Shown here: one piece after another, positions 27,223 through 47,165 of the stretch
Layout: each line of letters starts with the position of its first letter
How positions within the stretch are numbered: position 1 is the stretch's first letter
Assembly: GCA_002104945.1 (NCBI GenBank)
Contig: MCFH01000009.1
Coordinates: 124,001 to 188,000 of the forward strand
DNA: 64,000 nucleotides
Direction: 5' to 3'
Origin: Piromyces finnis finn
Taxonomy: Eukaryota; Fungi; Neocallimastigomycota
Made by a program: the position numbers and the translations under genes
The notes under the pieces: generated by a model
What the model saw: the letters and a program-made list of their open reading frames with translations, nothing else
The model's database searches: none
Told to the model about the DNA's origin: nothing

Positions 27223-29396
27223 TTTAGATGTTGTTTATTTTAATTTTATTTATTTTATAAAATTTGTTATTTTTTTTTTTTGCTTAAATTTTTTGGTTAC
27301 TAGTTAAAAGGTATTAATATAAAATTATAAAATATAAAGGTTTATATTAGTATATGTGTTAATTAAATAAGTTTATAGTTTATAAAAAGAACATTAATTA
27401 TATGTGTTAATTCTATTTTAATACAAAAAATCTTCATCAACAATATTGAATATTGATAAACTTAGAGTGACATATTAAATTTTTACTGAATATTATTCAT
27501 GCTATGATATTTTTAACTGTGTATTGTAAAGAAATTATCACATAATAAATTTTTTATTTATTATTTTATATTTCATTAAACTTGTATATACTATTTCATT
27601 GATGAAATATGAATTTCTTTTTTATTCTATACTGTATTCTTTCTATTTTATCCTAATAAATATTTAATAATAGATAGTTATATATATATATCCTTCATTT
27701 ATTACTTTTTTTTTTGCTTATTTTTAATTTTACTTTTATTTTTCCCTTTTATATTTACTAATTTTTTACAATTAGTTTTTTTATCTTCTTTTTTTCTTAG
27801 AAATACTTTTTTTTAAAAAAAAAAAAAAACAAAAAAAAAAGAAATAATAATATAAATATTTATATATCAACAAGAGGAATTATGTTTTTTTTTTATTTAC
27901 TATTGAAATTTAATTAAGATGAAAACTTTAATAATTAATTTTTACTATTAAATCAATAAAATATTAATAAAATATTAGACTTTAATTTATAAAAAATTTA
28001 TAATTAAAAAAAAAATAATGTTTTTTTATTAAACAAAGATTTAATAATATTATATATATATATATATTGATAATTATGATGGTAATGGTTCTGCTTTTTT
28101 TTTTTTTTTTTTACTATATTGTTATTTTTTTTAACTTTAAATTTTATATATTTTTTTTAAACTTTTTAATTAATTTTTTTTACACAAATTTTAATATTTT
28201 ATTATTATTATGTATTAAAAATATCAATTAATTAAATTTTATTTTATTTTTTAAAAAAATAGGTATTAGTTTTTTTAACTTTTTACTTTTTATTACAAAT
28301 TCTTAATACACACAAATAAATAATTAATTGCATTTGAATTAAAAATATATTTAACTTTATAATATAAATAATAATACTAGCAAAATAATAATAATAAAAG
28401 TAAAAGAACAAATTATTAACGAAATTGTACTTTTAATAATATCAGTCTAATTACATATTAATATCATTATTCATATTAAGTGATAATAATTACTTCATAT
28501 TAAATGTAATTTAGTACTTTTAATGAATATATTGTATAATATATTTAAAATATTTAAATCATATAACATAAACTTTTTAATTACACATGTAATGGTTTTA
28601 AATGAATTATATATAATTTAAAAGTTTTTGATATTTTTATATATGAAAAAAAAAAAAAGAAATATTTTATGGTGTGTAATACAATATAAAAATATATTAA
28701 TATAATAATGCTGCATAAGAATATAATTTATATAATTTGATTTATTCTAGTATATATATCCTTTTTTTATTGATATTTAAATTTAACATTAAATATATAA
28801 GTTTGTAGTAATTTATTAATATAAGAACAGAACGTATTAATTTCTAAATAACCAAAAAGAGATATCATAATAATTCATTATATAAATATAAATATAAAAT
28901 GATATATTTATAATCCTTAAATATTATATTTATAAATCTATATACACATTAATGTTGATTTATTTTAAAAGAAAAAAAGAATATATTTTAACATTTAAAA
29001 TAAAATCATTTAAATTTTCATACATTTCTTATTATCATTTATTATTAGTAATGTTTTTTTTTTTTTTTTTTATTTTATTATATTTGCTTTTTAGTTTTTT
29101 TAATAATCTTTTATATCTTTATATATATATTTAAAAATTTATTATTATATAAAAATTAGTTAAAATAAAGAATCTTTTAACAAAGATTATCCTAATATAA
29201 TAACAACATTAATTAAAATTAATACTAAAGTATTATATTTTTCATTTATTATTTGGTTATCGAAACCATGAACTATGGCATTATTCAATTATGATAAAAT
29301 AAAATAAAGAGCATTTAAAAATAAGATATTAAAATTTCATATATTTTTCTGTATTTTTTAAATTATAATAAATTAAATTATTATTTAAAATGAATT

Positions 29397-29517
29397 AATG
29401 AATGAATGAATAAATAAATAAATAAATGAATAAATAAATAAATGAATAAATAAATGAATGAATAAATAAATAAATGAATAAATAAATAAATGAATAAATA
29501 AATAAATGAATAAATAA
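29397..29517. repeat. Mixed (AATA)/(AATG) tetranucleotide microsatellite, about 30 units
   Basis: Seen directly. Confidence 0.92.
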
Positions 29518-30045
29518 AATAATTATTAATAAATCATTACAAATTCAAAAAAAAAAAAAAAAAAACGAAATGGATTTATAATGATGTTTGTTAATAATAA
29601 CAAATTTAAAACTATATTGAAAAACTTTTTATTGATTCAAAATTATATATTTATATATATTGCATAAATATAAAAATGATAAATACAAGTATAATTAAAT
29701 GAAATTCAATTAAAAAAGAAAATGATTAATTGAAATAATAATTTGTGGAGTTTGTTTTTTATAATTACATGTTATATTGTTATATATTTTCACATATATT
29801 TATATATGTGCTTTTTTTTTAATATATAAAGTCAATAAATTATTAAAATTTATTTTTTATTTCTGGTATCAAATTAATAATAAAATTTATATTAATTTCC
29901 TTTAAAAATATTGTTTTATAATATCAAATATAAAAATTATATTATATATTAATTATATTAATAGTATTATTTATCATAATCTTATGCCTTATTAATATTC
30001 ATCAATTTCATAATTAAACATTTAATAAAAGTATTAATTATTTAA

Positions 30046-30234
30046 TTATGATGCATTTGCAATTTGTCTTAATTCCTTAATTACAGCAGCCAATGCTTCT
30101 GGATTAACTCCTGCTTCACATAAAGATATACAATATGATAGGGTCTCGCGATCCAAACCTGTATTAAGAAGTTGTGATATTTCATATAAGATTTCAACAG
30201 TTTCTCTTGCTTGAAGTGCTTGCTCTGAATCCAT
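30046..30234 (-). CDS. MZT1: Mitotic-spindle organizing protein 1 (MOZART1, gamma-tubulin complex), intronless
   Basis: [48 protein letters not shown] is the full MOZART1 signature. Confidence 0.96.
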   Translation of the reverse strand: MDSEQALQARETVEILYEISQLLNTGLDRETLSYCISLCEAGVNPEALAAVIKELRQIANAS

Positions 30235-31080
30235 TTTATTTAATATTTATGTATTTTTATTATTTTATTATTTATAATTGATTTGTGTGTTTTATAGTTT
30301 AATAATATTATATTACTGTTTTAATAAATTGAATATTTTTTTTATTACTACTCTTATATATATATATATCTTTTGGGTGATGATGACTAAGAAATCATTA
30401 AGTATTTACTTTTAAAAAAGAAATAAATTATTAATATCTATAAAAAATTCTATTTTTCATATATTAAAATATTTTATTTTGATTTATAATTTTTATATAT
30501 AATATATATATAATATATATATAGTATCCATTATATATTAGTAATTATTAAATAAAATCTTTTTTATTTTAAAATTACAATTATTATGATAAATATAAAA
30601 TAGAATAATATATAAAATAATATATTATTTCAACCATTTTTTAGGTATATTAGCAAAAAAAAAAAAAAAAAAAATAAAATTATTTTTTTTAATTATTATT
30701 AATATAGTAAAAAAAAAAAAATAAAATAAAAAAAAAAAAAAAAAGCAAAGTTTATTGTTTTGTAGTTTTTATATATTACAAATAATACCCATTAAAAAAA
30801 TATATTTTAATTTGTTTCAATCATATAGAATTAATTTATTCTTTTAACAGATAGAAGAATAATTATATTTTTCGAAATTTGAAAATTAAATCCTTTTAAA
30901 ATTATTTTTATATATATTTAATATATAAAACAAAATTAATTTCAAGTAAACACCAAATAAATATTTTAATTAAAAACAAATATTTTATAGACAAAAGTAA
31001 AAATAAAAAAAAAAAGAATTTGTTGAAAATACTTTGAAGAGTATTTTATAAATAATTTTTTTTTAAAGAAATAAAGCAAA

Positions 31081-32212
31081 ATGTATAAGAATAAAGAAAG
31101 GAAAATTAATTATCCACATCAAAAGACCGTTGTAACTTCAACCATTGTGCGTACTCAAAATTTTAATAATAGCGAACTATTAAGAGTTAATCATTCAATC
31201 ATTGATAGTAAATCTAGTCGTTCAAATAGTAATAATTCAATTCATGTAATTAACCATCGAGCAAATAATAATATTCAACAAATACTTAATTCAAATAGTA
31301 TTAACCATTCACATAATAATTCTGGAAATAATCAAAATTTAAATAGAAATAATATTTTAAAATCCAAAAATTCTAAAGGTATATCAACAACAAACCCATT
31401 TATTCATTTAAATAAAAAATTTATTTTTATTTAAATTAAATATAAACCATTATTTTTTAAATAATTTTTAATTTTAATAATTCTTAATTTTATATAATAA
31501 AGAAATTTATTATATAAAATTAAATTGAATATAAACTAATTGAATGTATTATTTTTTATTGTCTTTTCATAAATTTTCGTTTTTATTTAATATATGTAGA
31601 AATAAAACAAGGAACTCAACCTTCTTCAGAAGAAAGAAGATTAGAACAACGTCAAAAACAAATTGAATATGGAAAGAATACTATAGGATATAAAATATAT
31701 ACTAAAGTAATAAAAAAGTGAGTTAAATTAATACAAACAATGAAAAAAAAATAATAAATATACATTTTTTAAAGGATTGATTAACAAATAATAAATAATA
31801 TTTCGATAATTTTATCAATAATTAAAACGGTAGACTAAAATGTAAAAATATTTCTTTTCTTTTTTTACATTAAAATTTAAAAATTTATAGAGAAAAAAGA
31901 AAAAAGACAGATCCGTGGACACCAGATAAATATACAAAATGTAGTAAGAGATGTTGGGATGGTATGGTAAGAAGTTGGAGACGACAACTTCATAATTGGG
32001 ATCCTGTGTCCGATGATACAATGAAAATGAATATTGACCAAACTAATGATACCTTAACAATGACTACTTTTAATACAAATGATAATTCTATTACTAATAA
32101 CATTAATATCACCACCACCACTATCAACAGTAATAATAATATTAATAGTAATAATGATAATGATAATACTAATACTTCTAATGCAACAACAATAAAAACA
32201 ATAATACCATGA
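31081..32212 (+). CDS. SLBP: Histone mRNA stem-loop binding protein (SLBP RNA-binding domain), 3 exons
   Basis: Exons 31081-31378, 31600-31717, 31891-32212 give ERRLEQRQKQIEYGKNTIGY...DPWTPDKYTKCSKRCWDGMVRSWRRQLHNWDP. RQKQI.YGKNT..Y, TP.K and SRR.WD..VR.WRR.LH.WDP are SLBP motifs. Confidence 0.92.
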
Positions 32213-32806
32213 AAACAAATATACTATGATTATATAAATTTTTATTAAAATAAACATCGAAAATCAAAAAACTGCAATAGATAATTTGTTTTATATTTAC
32301 TAAAATTTTAATATTCAGTCTTGTAATTATTATATTTAAGTAGGAATATCTAATTGAAATACACATTATTAAACAAATCATATTTAAATCATTAAAACCA
32401 TAAACCATTAAAAATAAATATATTAAATAATAAACAGTATATATTATATATATACAAATAAATATAAACATATAGATAATAATAATATATTCAATATTTT
32501 ATCAAATTATTGTAATATTGTAATATTTAATAAATTTGTATCCTATTACATTATTATTAATATTATCAATTCTTTTCTTATTAAATAAATAATATTATAT
32601 TTATTAATAAGCTTATCTAACAAAAAAAAGGTGTACCTTTTATACTTTTTTTTTTTTCGTTGCTTTTCTTCATCTTCATCTTCTTAAATCTTATTAAGCA
32701 TCATTTATGAAAATTCTACTTTAACAAAAAACGAAAAATATATAAAATCCATTTTTTTTTTTTTTTTTTTTTTTTCATTTTTTTATTATTTTTAAAAACA
32801 TTTACA

Positions 32807-32840
<34 letters not shown>

Positions 32841-32884
32841 GTATTGAAAGAATTAAATATATTAATTTCTTTATTATAATATTA

Positions 32885-35800
32885 TTAATATTTTCTACGC
32901 TTAGAATGATGATGTGAACTGTGTCTACTTCTACTTCTACTATATCTACTGCTTCTATGTCTATTGCTTCTGCTTCTGCTTCTGCTTCTACTTCTACTTC
33001 TACTTCTACTTTTATGTTTTTTATGTTCAGATTCCTTGGTATTGCTATCATCATCATAATTAATCTTACTTATATTTTCATCAACACTTTTATCTAAATC
33101 ATATTTTCGATTCGTGTTCTTTTGTTCAACATATTTCTTTTTGTTATTCAATTCGTTTATTTCTTTCTTTTCATTTAATTTCTTTTCATCAATTTTTGCT
33201 CCTGCTAATTTGGCTAGAGAATGATCTGATGTACCATGCTTATCTGTAATAAATTTCGCTACTAATTGATTAATATGATTTTGTATTATTTCTTTACATT
33301 TTTCTTTATTAGTACTCATAAGGGTATAACGATGATCCGACTGTTGTATACACACAATAATAGTAGAATTTAATTATATTTTTATTATTAGAGTTAATTT
33401 TAAACATTTTTAATACATAATATACATTGTAAACGTATTAAATATTAAAATAAAAATATATTTATTTATTATATTACCTTTATAATTTCTTCTATTTCTT
33501 CAATTGTTATCACATATTTGTTTTCTGCCTCATTTTCATTAACTGAATTAATAACTTCTTGTTTAATTTGATATTCAATAAAACTATTTTCTTCCAATAA
33601 TTTTTTGAAATTAATTTCTACATTTTTAATAAATTCTACTTTATAATGGATAAATAATTGTTCTAATTCATCTTCTTCTTTTTGTAATTTAACCACTCTT
33701 GGATCATCTTCAATTGCTGGGTAAAGTTCAAGCCATTCAATAACTGGATTTTTATTTAATACTTCTTCTAAAAGATCGTTAAAGGCTTTCAAGCGTTTCT
33801 CAAATAATGATTTTATATGTTCATCAAATAATGATTTCATTTCTAGTTCAGATAAAACTTTACATTGTTGCCATCTATAATCTGACATAAGTGTTGCTTT
33901 TTTCTTTTCCCATGTTATCTATTTAATCAATAATAATATAATAATAAATAATATAATTATCCTTAGTAAACTGGCTCATATAAAATACTTTTTCTTTTTT
34001 CTATTTTAAATACACTATTTATTGAAAATATATGAAATAATAAAATTTTATAATATATAATAAATACATAAATATATATATATATATAAAATTACATTAT
34101 GAGTTCTTATATAATCAATTAATAAAGATTGGAATTGAATTCTAGCGTAGTTTGCTTGGGTTTTCAAACGATTATTTTTTACTTCTTTATCTCTATAGTA
34201 TTTTTCCTTATTAACCTCTTTTTCACGTTCTCTCATACTGATTTCTTCTCTATATTTAGGTATTATTATATCAATAATTATTATAAATTACTACAATTAT
34301 TATAAAAATATCAATTACTTATATTAATATATATTGTTTTATATTCTACCTTTTCTTTCTTTCTAAAGCCTTTTCTTCTTCTCTTTGTTTGTCATTCTCC
34401 TTTTTAAGAGATTTTCTGTAGTCATAGAAATAATCTTCTCTATCATATGAATTAACTAAATCATATCTTTCATCTTTATTAATAATATGTTTAATTGTTC
34501 TCCAGCTTGAGTCTGCAGTAATTTCCTTTGTTTCTTTTAACAATTCCATGAATGATGCCTTTGCTTTTTCTTTTCTTTCAATTCGCTTTTGATGTTCCGA
34601 CTTTTCTAATTCTTTCTTATATTCATTAAATATTTTTTCTCTTTCTTTGGCTCCAAGATTTAAGTAACGTGAATCTCTCTTATTTCTAATCATAAACATT
34701 TTCCATGTGGTATCTTCTTTAACTACTTCTTTTAATAATTTTTTATATTTCTTTATAGGATCTTCTATTGTTAACTCATTATTCTTTTTCATCTCTTCTA
34801 TTTTTTTCCTACAATATTCATCAAAAAGTTTTTTCCTTTCTCTTAAAGTTGGAATTAATGAATATCTTTTATCATGAATGATATTAGAAAGCTCTTGCTC
34901 CCATGTTGAGAAAGGTGATATTTTATTTTCTTCTAATAAAGCATAGAAGTCTTCAATTTTTTTCTCTTTAGAAGAATCACCTGATTTTTGTTGATTTTCT
35001 TTTGATTTGGGTTCATTTTGCTTTACTTTTTCTTTTTGTTCTTCTTGTTCCTTATTCTTATTTTCATCTATTTCCATTTTTTCTTGCATCTCTAACTTTT
35101 GTTTTTTCTCTTCTTCTTCCTTCAATTTATTCATTTCCTCTTTTTTTTTTAATGCTGCTTCTCTCTCTTCTTTAATCTTCTTTGCTTCTTCTAACAATTT
35201 ATTGATAATATCTTTTATTTCCTCTGGAATTTCCCAAGTTGATTTTTTTGTATCATAATTGTAGAAAAATTCATTATTTCTTGAAGTTAAAATAATATGC
35301 CATGGTGTTCCTGGAATACGCTTCCTATTTAAGAATATAAAAATGATTTTTATTTAAATTTGAATTAGGCATTTTAATGAATATTTAGTATTTATATATT
35401 TTTATTAAATAATTACAGTAATTACATTGAAATAGCTTTTTCTATAGGTTTTTGCTCTTGTTTAATTATAGGTTTTTGTAAGGCATGCTTTTGCTGAAGA
35501 TGTGGAATGAAAGGTACTTTAAATGGTATATAATTATCTGGTTTTTTCCATGTACTTTGTTTTGTTATATGATTATAATAGTAAAATTCACCAGATGGAG
35601 CCTTATGTTCAGTCCAAGGAGTATATGGTTTTGAATTTGAGTTAGGAGCAACATGTTGCTGGTTTTCATTTTTTTGTTGATTGTTTAATTCTTTCTTATT
35701 ATTAGTATTGTCTAATGAATTTTCCGGATTTTCCTTTTTTTCAATTAAAATTTCTTCTATGCTATTATCTTTTTGTTTCTCATCAACATCTGTTGTTTCT

Positions 35801-35988
35801 TCAATACTTTGTTTTTTCTCCTTTATTGAATTAGATTCATCATTGTTATTGCTCTTTTCTTCATTTATTTTATTTTCATTTTTTCCTTTGATTTCTATAT
35901 CTTCATTTATAATAGCTTCATTTTTATTTTCTGTCATATCCTTTGATTCACTATTATTAATATTTTTAATAGTATCTTCAACCTCCAT
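32885..35988 (-). CDS. TCERG1/CA150-like WW + FF-domain transcription/splicing factor with a C-terminal RS tail
   Basis: WW1 PWTEHKAPSGEFYYYNHITKQSTWKKP. WW2 RIPGTPWHIILTSRNNEFFYNYDTKKSTWEIP. FF repeats include FYALLEENKISPFSTWEQELSNIIHDKRY and FMELLKETKEITADSSWRTIKHIINKDERY. C-terminus contains SRSRSRSRSRS. Confidence 0.88.
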
Positions 35989-36740
35989 TTTAATTCTTGG
36001 TATTTTGAAAATATATTAATTATTAACTTTATTCTAATTTTTCTGTATATGTATTAATTTATTGAGCTATTTTTTATATTTATAATTGAAAAAGAATAAT
36101 TAAAATATTTAATTATATGTGTTTTACTTTTATTAGTCTTGTTATTTATTTGAAATAATAAATGAAATTTACTATAGTGTTTTTGTTTACTAAAAACTAT
36201 TATATAATAAAAGTTAATATTTGTTTTTAACACGAAGGGATTATAGAAATTTACAATTTTTTTAAACAATATGAATAATTATTGATCCTTCCCTTTAACA
36301 ATAATGTATAATAAGAATTTTATTAATACTTTATAAAAAATTCAAAACACTAAATTAAATAATTCTATATAACATTTATGATATTTTTTACTTGATTGGT
36401 TAAATATAAATTTTTTAAATGTTTTTCTGTATTATACATCAATAATTAAAAAAAAAATAAATTATAATGAAAATTTAAAACATATTTTAAACAATCGATA
36501 TGTTTTATTTGTTTAATATTTTTTTTTTCTTTATTTTGATGAGTTAATTTATTTTAATTATTAATAGTTATTTCATTTCTATAGTTTTTAATTAATGGTA
36601 TATGATTAAATTTATTTTAGTTTTTTTATGAATATAATTATTCAATTATAAAATCTATTATGTAAATATGTATTATATATATTAATTTGAAACTAATCCA
36701 AAAACATAATATTTTGAATATACTTTATATATGTTAAAAT

Positions 36741-39059
36741 TTAATAATAGTTGTTGGATTTTTGTTTTCTTAAAAATGCTTCAGATGGGAAATTTGGTGC
36801 AATTTCAATATCATTTCTTGGCATTAAGAATTCTAAAAGCAAAAAAATAAGATAGTCAACTGCTGCGATAATACAAAATAATTTTCCTGCCCAAGAACCA
36901 CAACCATAATATCTTCTTAATCGTTCAATAAGAGGAATTCTTCTTGTTTTCATTATGGAATAATATACACGTTCTGTTCTTTCAGCAATATTTTCCCAAC
37001 TATACATATTTTTTATACGATCATGGAACTTTGCTGGTGTTACTTCTTTAAATTTTATCATTGTGATTGCTTTATTAAGAGCAGTAATTAAATCTATTGA
37101 TATAAATAACAGTGTTTATATATAAATGAAAATTAATAATTTTATTATAATTAATAGATAAAATATATATTTTTATTTGTGAAATTGTATTTACCATTTT
37201 CTTCTGGTTCAGCAAATATTATCATATCATTTGGAAGAACCTCCGGAACACCACCAACCCTAGTACTAACAACTAATAATCTATAATATTTAAAAAATTA
37301 ATATATCTATTATGTTTAATGCTAATAAAAAATATTATTATTTAGCATTATAATGTTATATTTACCCCGAACATGCAGCTTCAACAATACCTATACAAAA
37401 AGCTTCAGTTAATGAAGTGTTTAAAAATATATTTCCTCTTACAAGTACCTTTATTATTAAATTTTAAATTTTAAAATGGTTATATTGATTATATAAGTTA
37501 AGATAAATATAATTATAATTTTATTAATTATTATATTTTTTAATATTAATATTAATATTCTGAAGCATTACATTTTTTACTTCTGAATGTGGTACCCCTC
37601 CTACTAATTGAACTCTATCATGTAATAAATATTTTTCTTTCATTTGTTCTAAATCAATTTTTTTTGGTCCATCACCAGCTAAAAAAAAATAAATATTTAA
37701 ATAAATAAATAAATTTATTATTTTTTTTATTATAGTAATTATGAAATGATTTAATAAATAAATTTGTACTCTTTTTCTTAAGTAAAAAGAGAAAAAAAAA
37801 TGGTATAATTCTATATAACAATAATAATTACCAATTATAAAATTAACTTTTGGATGTTGTGCACAAATCCTGGGTATGACATTAATAAGTAAGTCCATAC
37901 CTTTTCTATATACAAGACGACTTACAACACATATTGTGACTAAATTATGAAATTAGTATATAACCTTAATATATTTAATGATAAAATATAAATATTATAT
38001 TTTATTTGTTTATAAATAATAAGTACTTTTATTCGGATCTGCCTTTGAAGGATCTGGAATGAAATGATTTGCAACAACAGCGTTTGGAATAACAGATACC
38101 ATCTGAGGGTTTAATGATGCTCTTAATACTGTATTACCTTTACTTTAAATTAAAAATACAAAGTAACCTATTAATATTTAAATTAAAGGAAAAATGAATA
38201 TAATTATTTATTTAAATGAGTACCTTGTGTGCGATACACATATAACATGGTCAATTTCTGAAAGAGTAAATTTTAATACTTTATTCGTTAAAATACTACT
38301 TGCATCTGCGAAACCAAACAATGAATGGTCTGTAAAACAAGCTTTTATACCCATTGTTCGAGCATGGAATATTCCTTCCATACATAAACTTGAGAATGCC
38401 TATTAGATTTCAAATCCAAATTATAAATACGCATAATTTATATATTATAAATATAGATTTCATTGATAGATTAAATTAAAATAAAATATGATTAATTCAA
38501 TTTATTTTTTGTAGTGAATTTATTATACTGTGTTGAAATTACTTGATGTCCATGTACAACATCTATTCTTTCTCTTATTATAATATATCTTAATATTGGA
38601 AATAAGAAAAATATTGTCGGAAGTGATGCTTGTTGATAAACAATTAACAATGGTAAGTAATAAACTTTCAGTCCATTAATTAAATATCTAACACCAACTC
38701 GATCTCCATAAGCGTGTGTAACAATAACAACCTTTTATTATTTTATTGTATTGTAAAAATTTATATAATTTAAATTGTATTCTTAATATAAATTTGAATT
38801 TTTATATTATTTATGAATTTATCTTTACTTTATGTCCACGTTTTATTAATTGTTGTGATAAATGATATAAATGACTTTCAACCCCACCCATATTTGGGTA
38901 AAAAAAATCAGATATCATGCTATTTATATTTTATTAAAAAAAATATCAATTAAAATCAAATTATATTGAAAGTTGAAAATTAAAATGAAAATTATTACTA
39001 ATGTACTATATGTAAATTATAATTTTTATTAATTTAAATTACCATATATTTAATGACAT
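36741..39059 (-). CDS. GPI3: GPI-GlcNAc transferase catalytic subunit PIG-A/Gpi3 (Spt14), multi-exon
   Basis: [122 protein letters not shown]. Confidence 0.95.
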
Positions 39060-39473
39060 GTTGATATTTTTATGAAGATATTATTAATTTAATGTTTTTA
39101 TTTTTTAATTTTTATCTTTCTTTTATTTTTATTTTTTACTATTTTTTATTATTTTAGACAATTGTTTATTTTTCTTTTATATTTAATATTGGTAAAATTC
39201 ATAAACCAATTCAATTTCTTTTTTTCTTTTTTCCTTTTTATTTCTTTTTTTTTTAATAAATGATTAAATCATTATAAATATTTAAAAAAGTTATAGATTT
39301 ATAATTTTTAATTGTTCGTTTTTAAATTCATTCTTTTTTAAGAGTTATTTTTGTAAACCAGTTTTTATATAAATAAAAAATGTTATATGTAAATATATAT
39401 AATAATATAAAAACAATTGAATTTTTATTATTAAAAAAAAATTAACACAAAATTTTTCTCAAAAAAAAAAAAA

Positions 39474-39513
<40 letters not shown>

Positions 39514-39643
39514 TAAAACCTTTTTATATATATATGTTATTATTTATTATTTAATTGGTATATTATTTTTACAGTAAAATTTATTAAAAACTATTAAATT
39601 ATACAATTTTTATTAGTATTATTAGTATTAAAATTAAAATATT

Positions 39644-45086
<5,443 letters not shown>

Positions 45087-45756
45087 TGTATATATATAAA
45101 AAGCTAATTATAATTTATTATTTTATTGCTATTTTACGATATATATTCTAATAATGAAATATTTTAAGTTTAATTAATGATAAGTAAAAGATATTTAAAT
45201 ATGATTATAATTATTAATTCAACATTATATTTAGAATATATAAATATTGAAATTGAAAATAAATGATATAATTAAAAAAAAAAAAAAACAGAAAACTTAA
45301 AGTTGTATAATTATTTTTAAAAATATATATATATATATAAATTATTAGTATTATTATTTACTGTGCTTTTTTGTAAATAAAGTAATATTCTATACAGAAA
45401 TTTTTTAGAAATTTTAAAATTTAATTATATAAACTAGGATAATAAACTTTAATTATAAATTATTTATTTAATTTACTAAGAATCATTTATCAAAGTAGTA
45501 TTAATCATTTAAATAAAAAAATATAAAAATAAACCTGTATATATCATTTATATCATAGAATTAAATAAAATATATAAAAGAAAAGTTTAAAAAAAAAAAA
45601 ACAGAAACAGAAACTAATATATATAATATAACCACTTGTTAATATATAAATATATATAATTGTTTATATTATAAAAATAATTTATTATTAACAAAATTTA
45701 ATATAAAATAGAAAAAAAAAAAAAAAATTAAACATAGAAAGTAATAAATTCATATT

Positions 45757-47165
45757 ATGGATATTATTCCTTATATATATCATGAACAACAAGAGGTAGA
45801 TAAAAGTAATTTTATAGTAGTATTTAATTTGGCAATAATTAATTAATGAAAAATATAATTAATTTTATAAAAGGGTGCTTTATGTGCACAACATGCATTA
45901 AATTCATTACTTCAAGGAGAGTATTTTACAGCTGTTGTATGTTTTTTTTTTTTTTTTTTTTTTTGAATAATTATATATTTTAGTACATTTCATTACATTT
46001 ATATTCATAAAAGTATTAAAAATAAAATTTTAAATTCATAACTATTATGTATTTTTATTTATAGGATTTAGGTAATATCGCTCATTCATTGGATGAAGAA
46101 GAAGGTATATTAAATTCTAATCAAAATTCAAGTAATAATTATGATGATACCGGTTTTTTTTCAATTCAAGTAATTTTAATAATTAAGAATTTATAAAATA
46201 TAATATTCATTTATAAAAGAAGTAATTTTTATTTATTTGTTTTATTTTTATTATTATTAGGTAATTAGTATTGCTCTTAGTCGTTTAAATATTGAAATTA
46301 ATCACATTGATTCTCAGATTATCAAGAATGATAAAGTAAAACCTGCGGAAGAAAAAGCGTATATTTGTAATTTACATGAACATTGGTATAGCAATAGTTT
46401 TTATTTTCACATTTAATAATTTTTTTTTTATAATTTATATTTTATATATTCATTTACTTCTTTATTTTTTTTTTTTAAGGTTTACTATAAGAAAATTTTA
46501 TTCAAAATATCGTTGGTATAATCTAAATTCAACTTTAGAAACACCAGAATGGTTAAGTGAAACATATCTAGAATTATATTTAAATGATATACAAAGACAA
46601 GGTAATTTTTTATATTTTAAATTTAAAGTATATAATTGATATAATAAAATAATTTTATTTATTAATTATAATATCAACAATATATTATAATTTCATGGAT
46701 TTAAACAAACATTTATTAGGTTATTCAGTGTTTGTTGTTAGAGGTGATTTACCAGAATGTGATGCTGATAAATATGCAAAACTTCACCCAAAACCTGAAA
46801 ATAAGAATAATATATCTAAGGTAGATTACAACAATAAAAACCCAAAATCATTTAATATATTTTCTGGAAAAGGATATCGTTTAGGAGATGACAATAATAA
46901 GGAAAACACTTTTAATGCTGAAAATATGTCAGATAGTGAACTTTTAGCTCAAGCAATAGCAATAAGTTTAGAAGAGCAAGCACAATCAAATAAAAGGCAA
47001 AATGAACCAGATTTAGATGAAATAAAACGTAAAAGATTAGAAAGGTTAGTAATTTTAGTAATTAATGTATTTAATGATATATCTATATCTATATCTATAT
47101 TTTTTATAATTATTTTTTAACATTTAATTTTTAACATAAATTTAAATAGATTCAGTTCTAAATAA
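45757..47165 (+). CDS. ATXN3: Ataxin-3-like Josephin deubiquitinase, multi-exon
   Basis: YHEQQEGALCAQHALNSLLQGEYF (catalytic Cys), DDTGFFSIQVI, ICNLHEHWFTIRK (His), WYNLNS (Asn), GYSVFVVRGDLPEC, and UIM DSELLAQAIAISLEE. Confidence 0.94.

Noticed and set aside
27300-30000. Long gene-free interval as a possible transposon relic (likewise 56000-58100 and 13000-15000)
   Set aside because: By eye I found no terminal repeats or transposase/RT-like fragments. A de novo repeat library search would be needed to exclude highly decayed elements.
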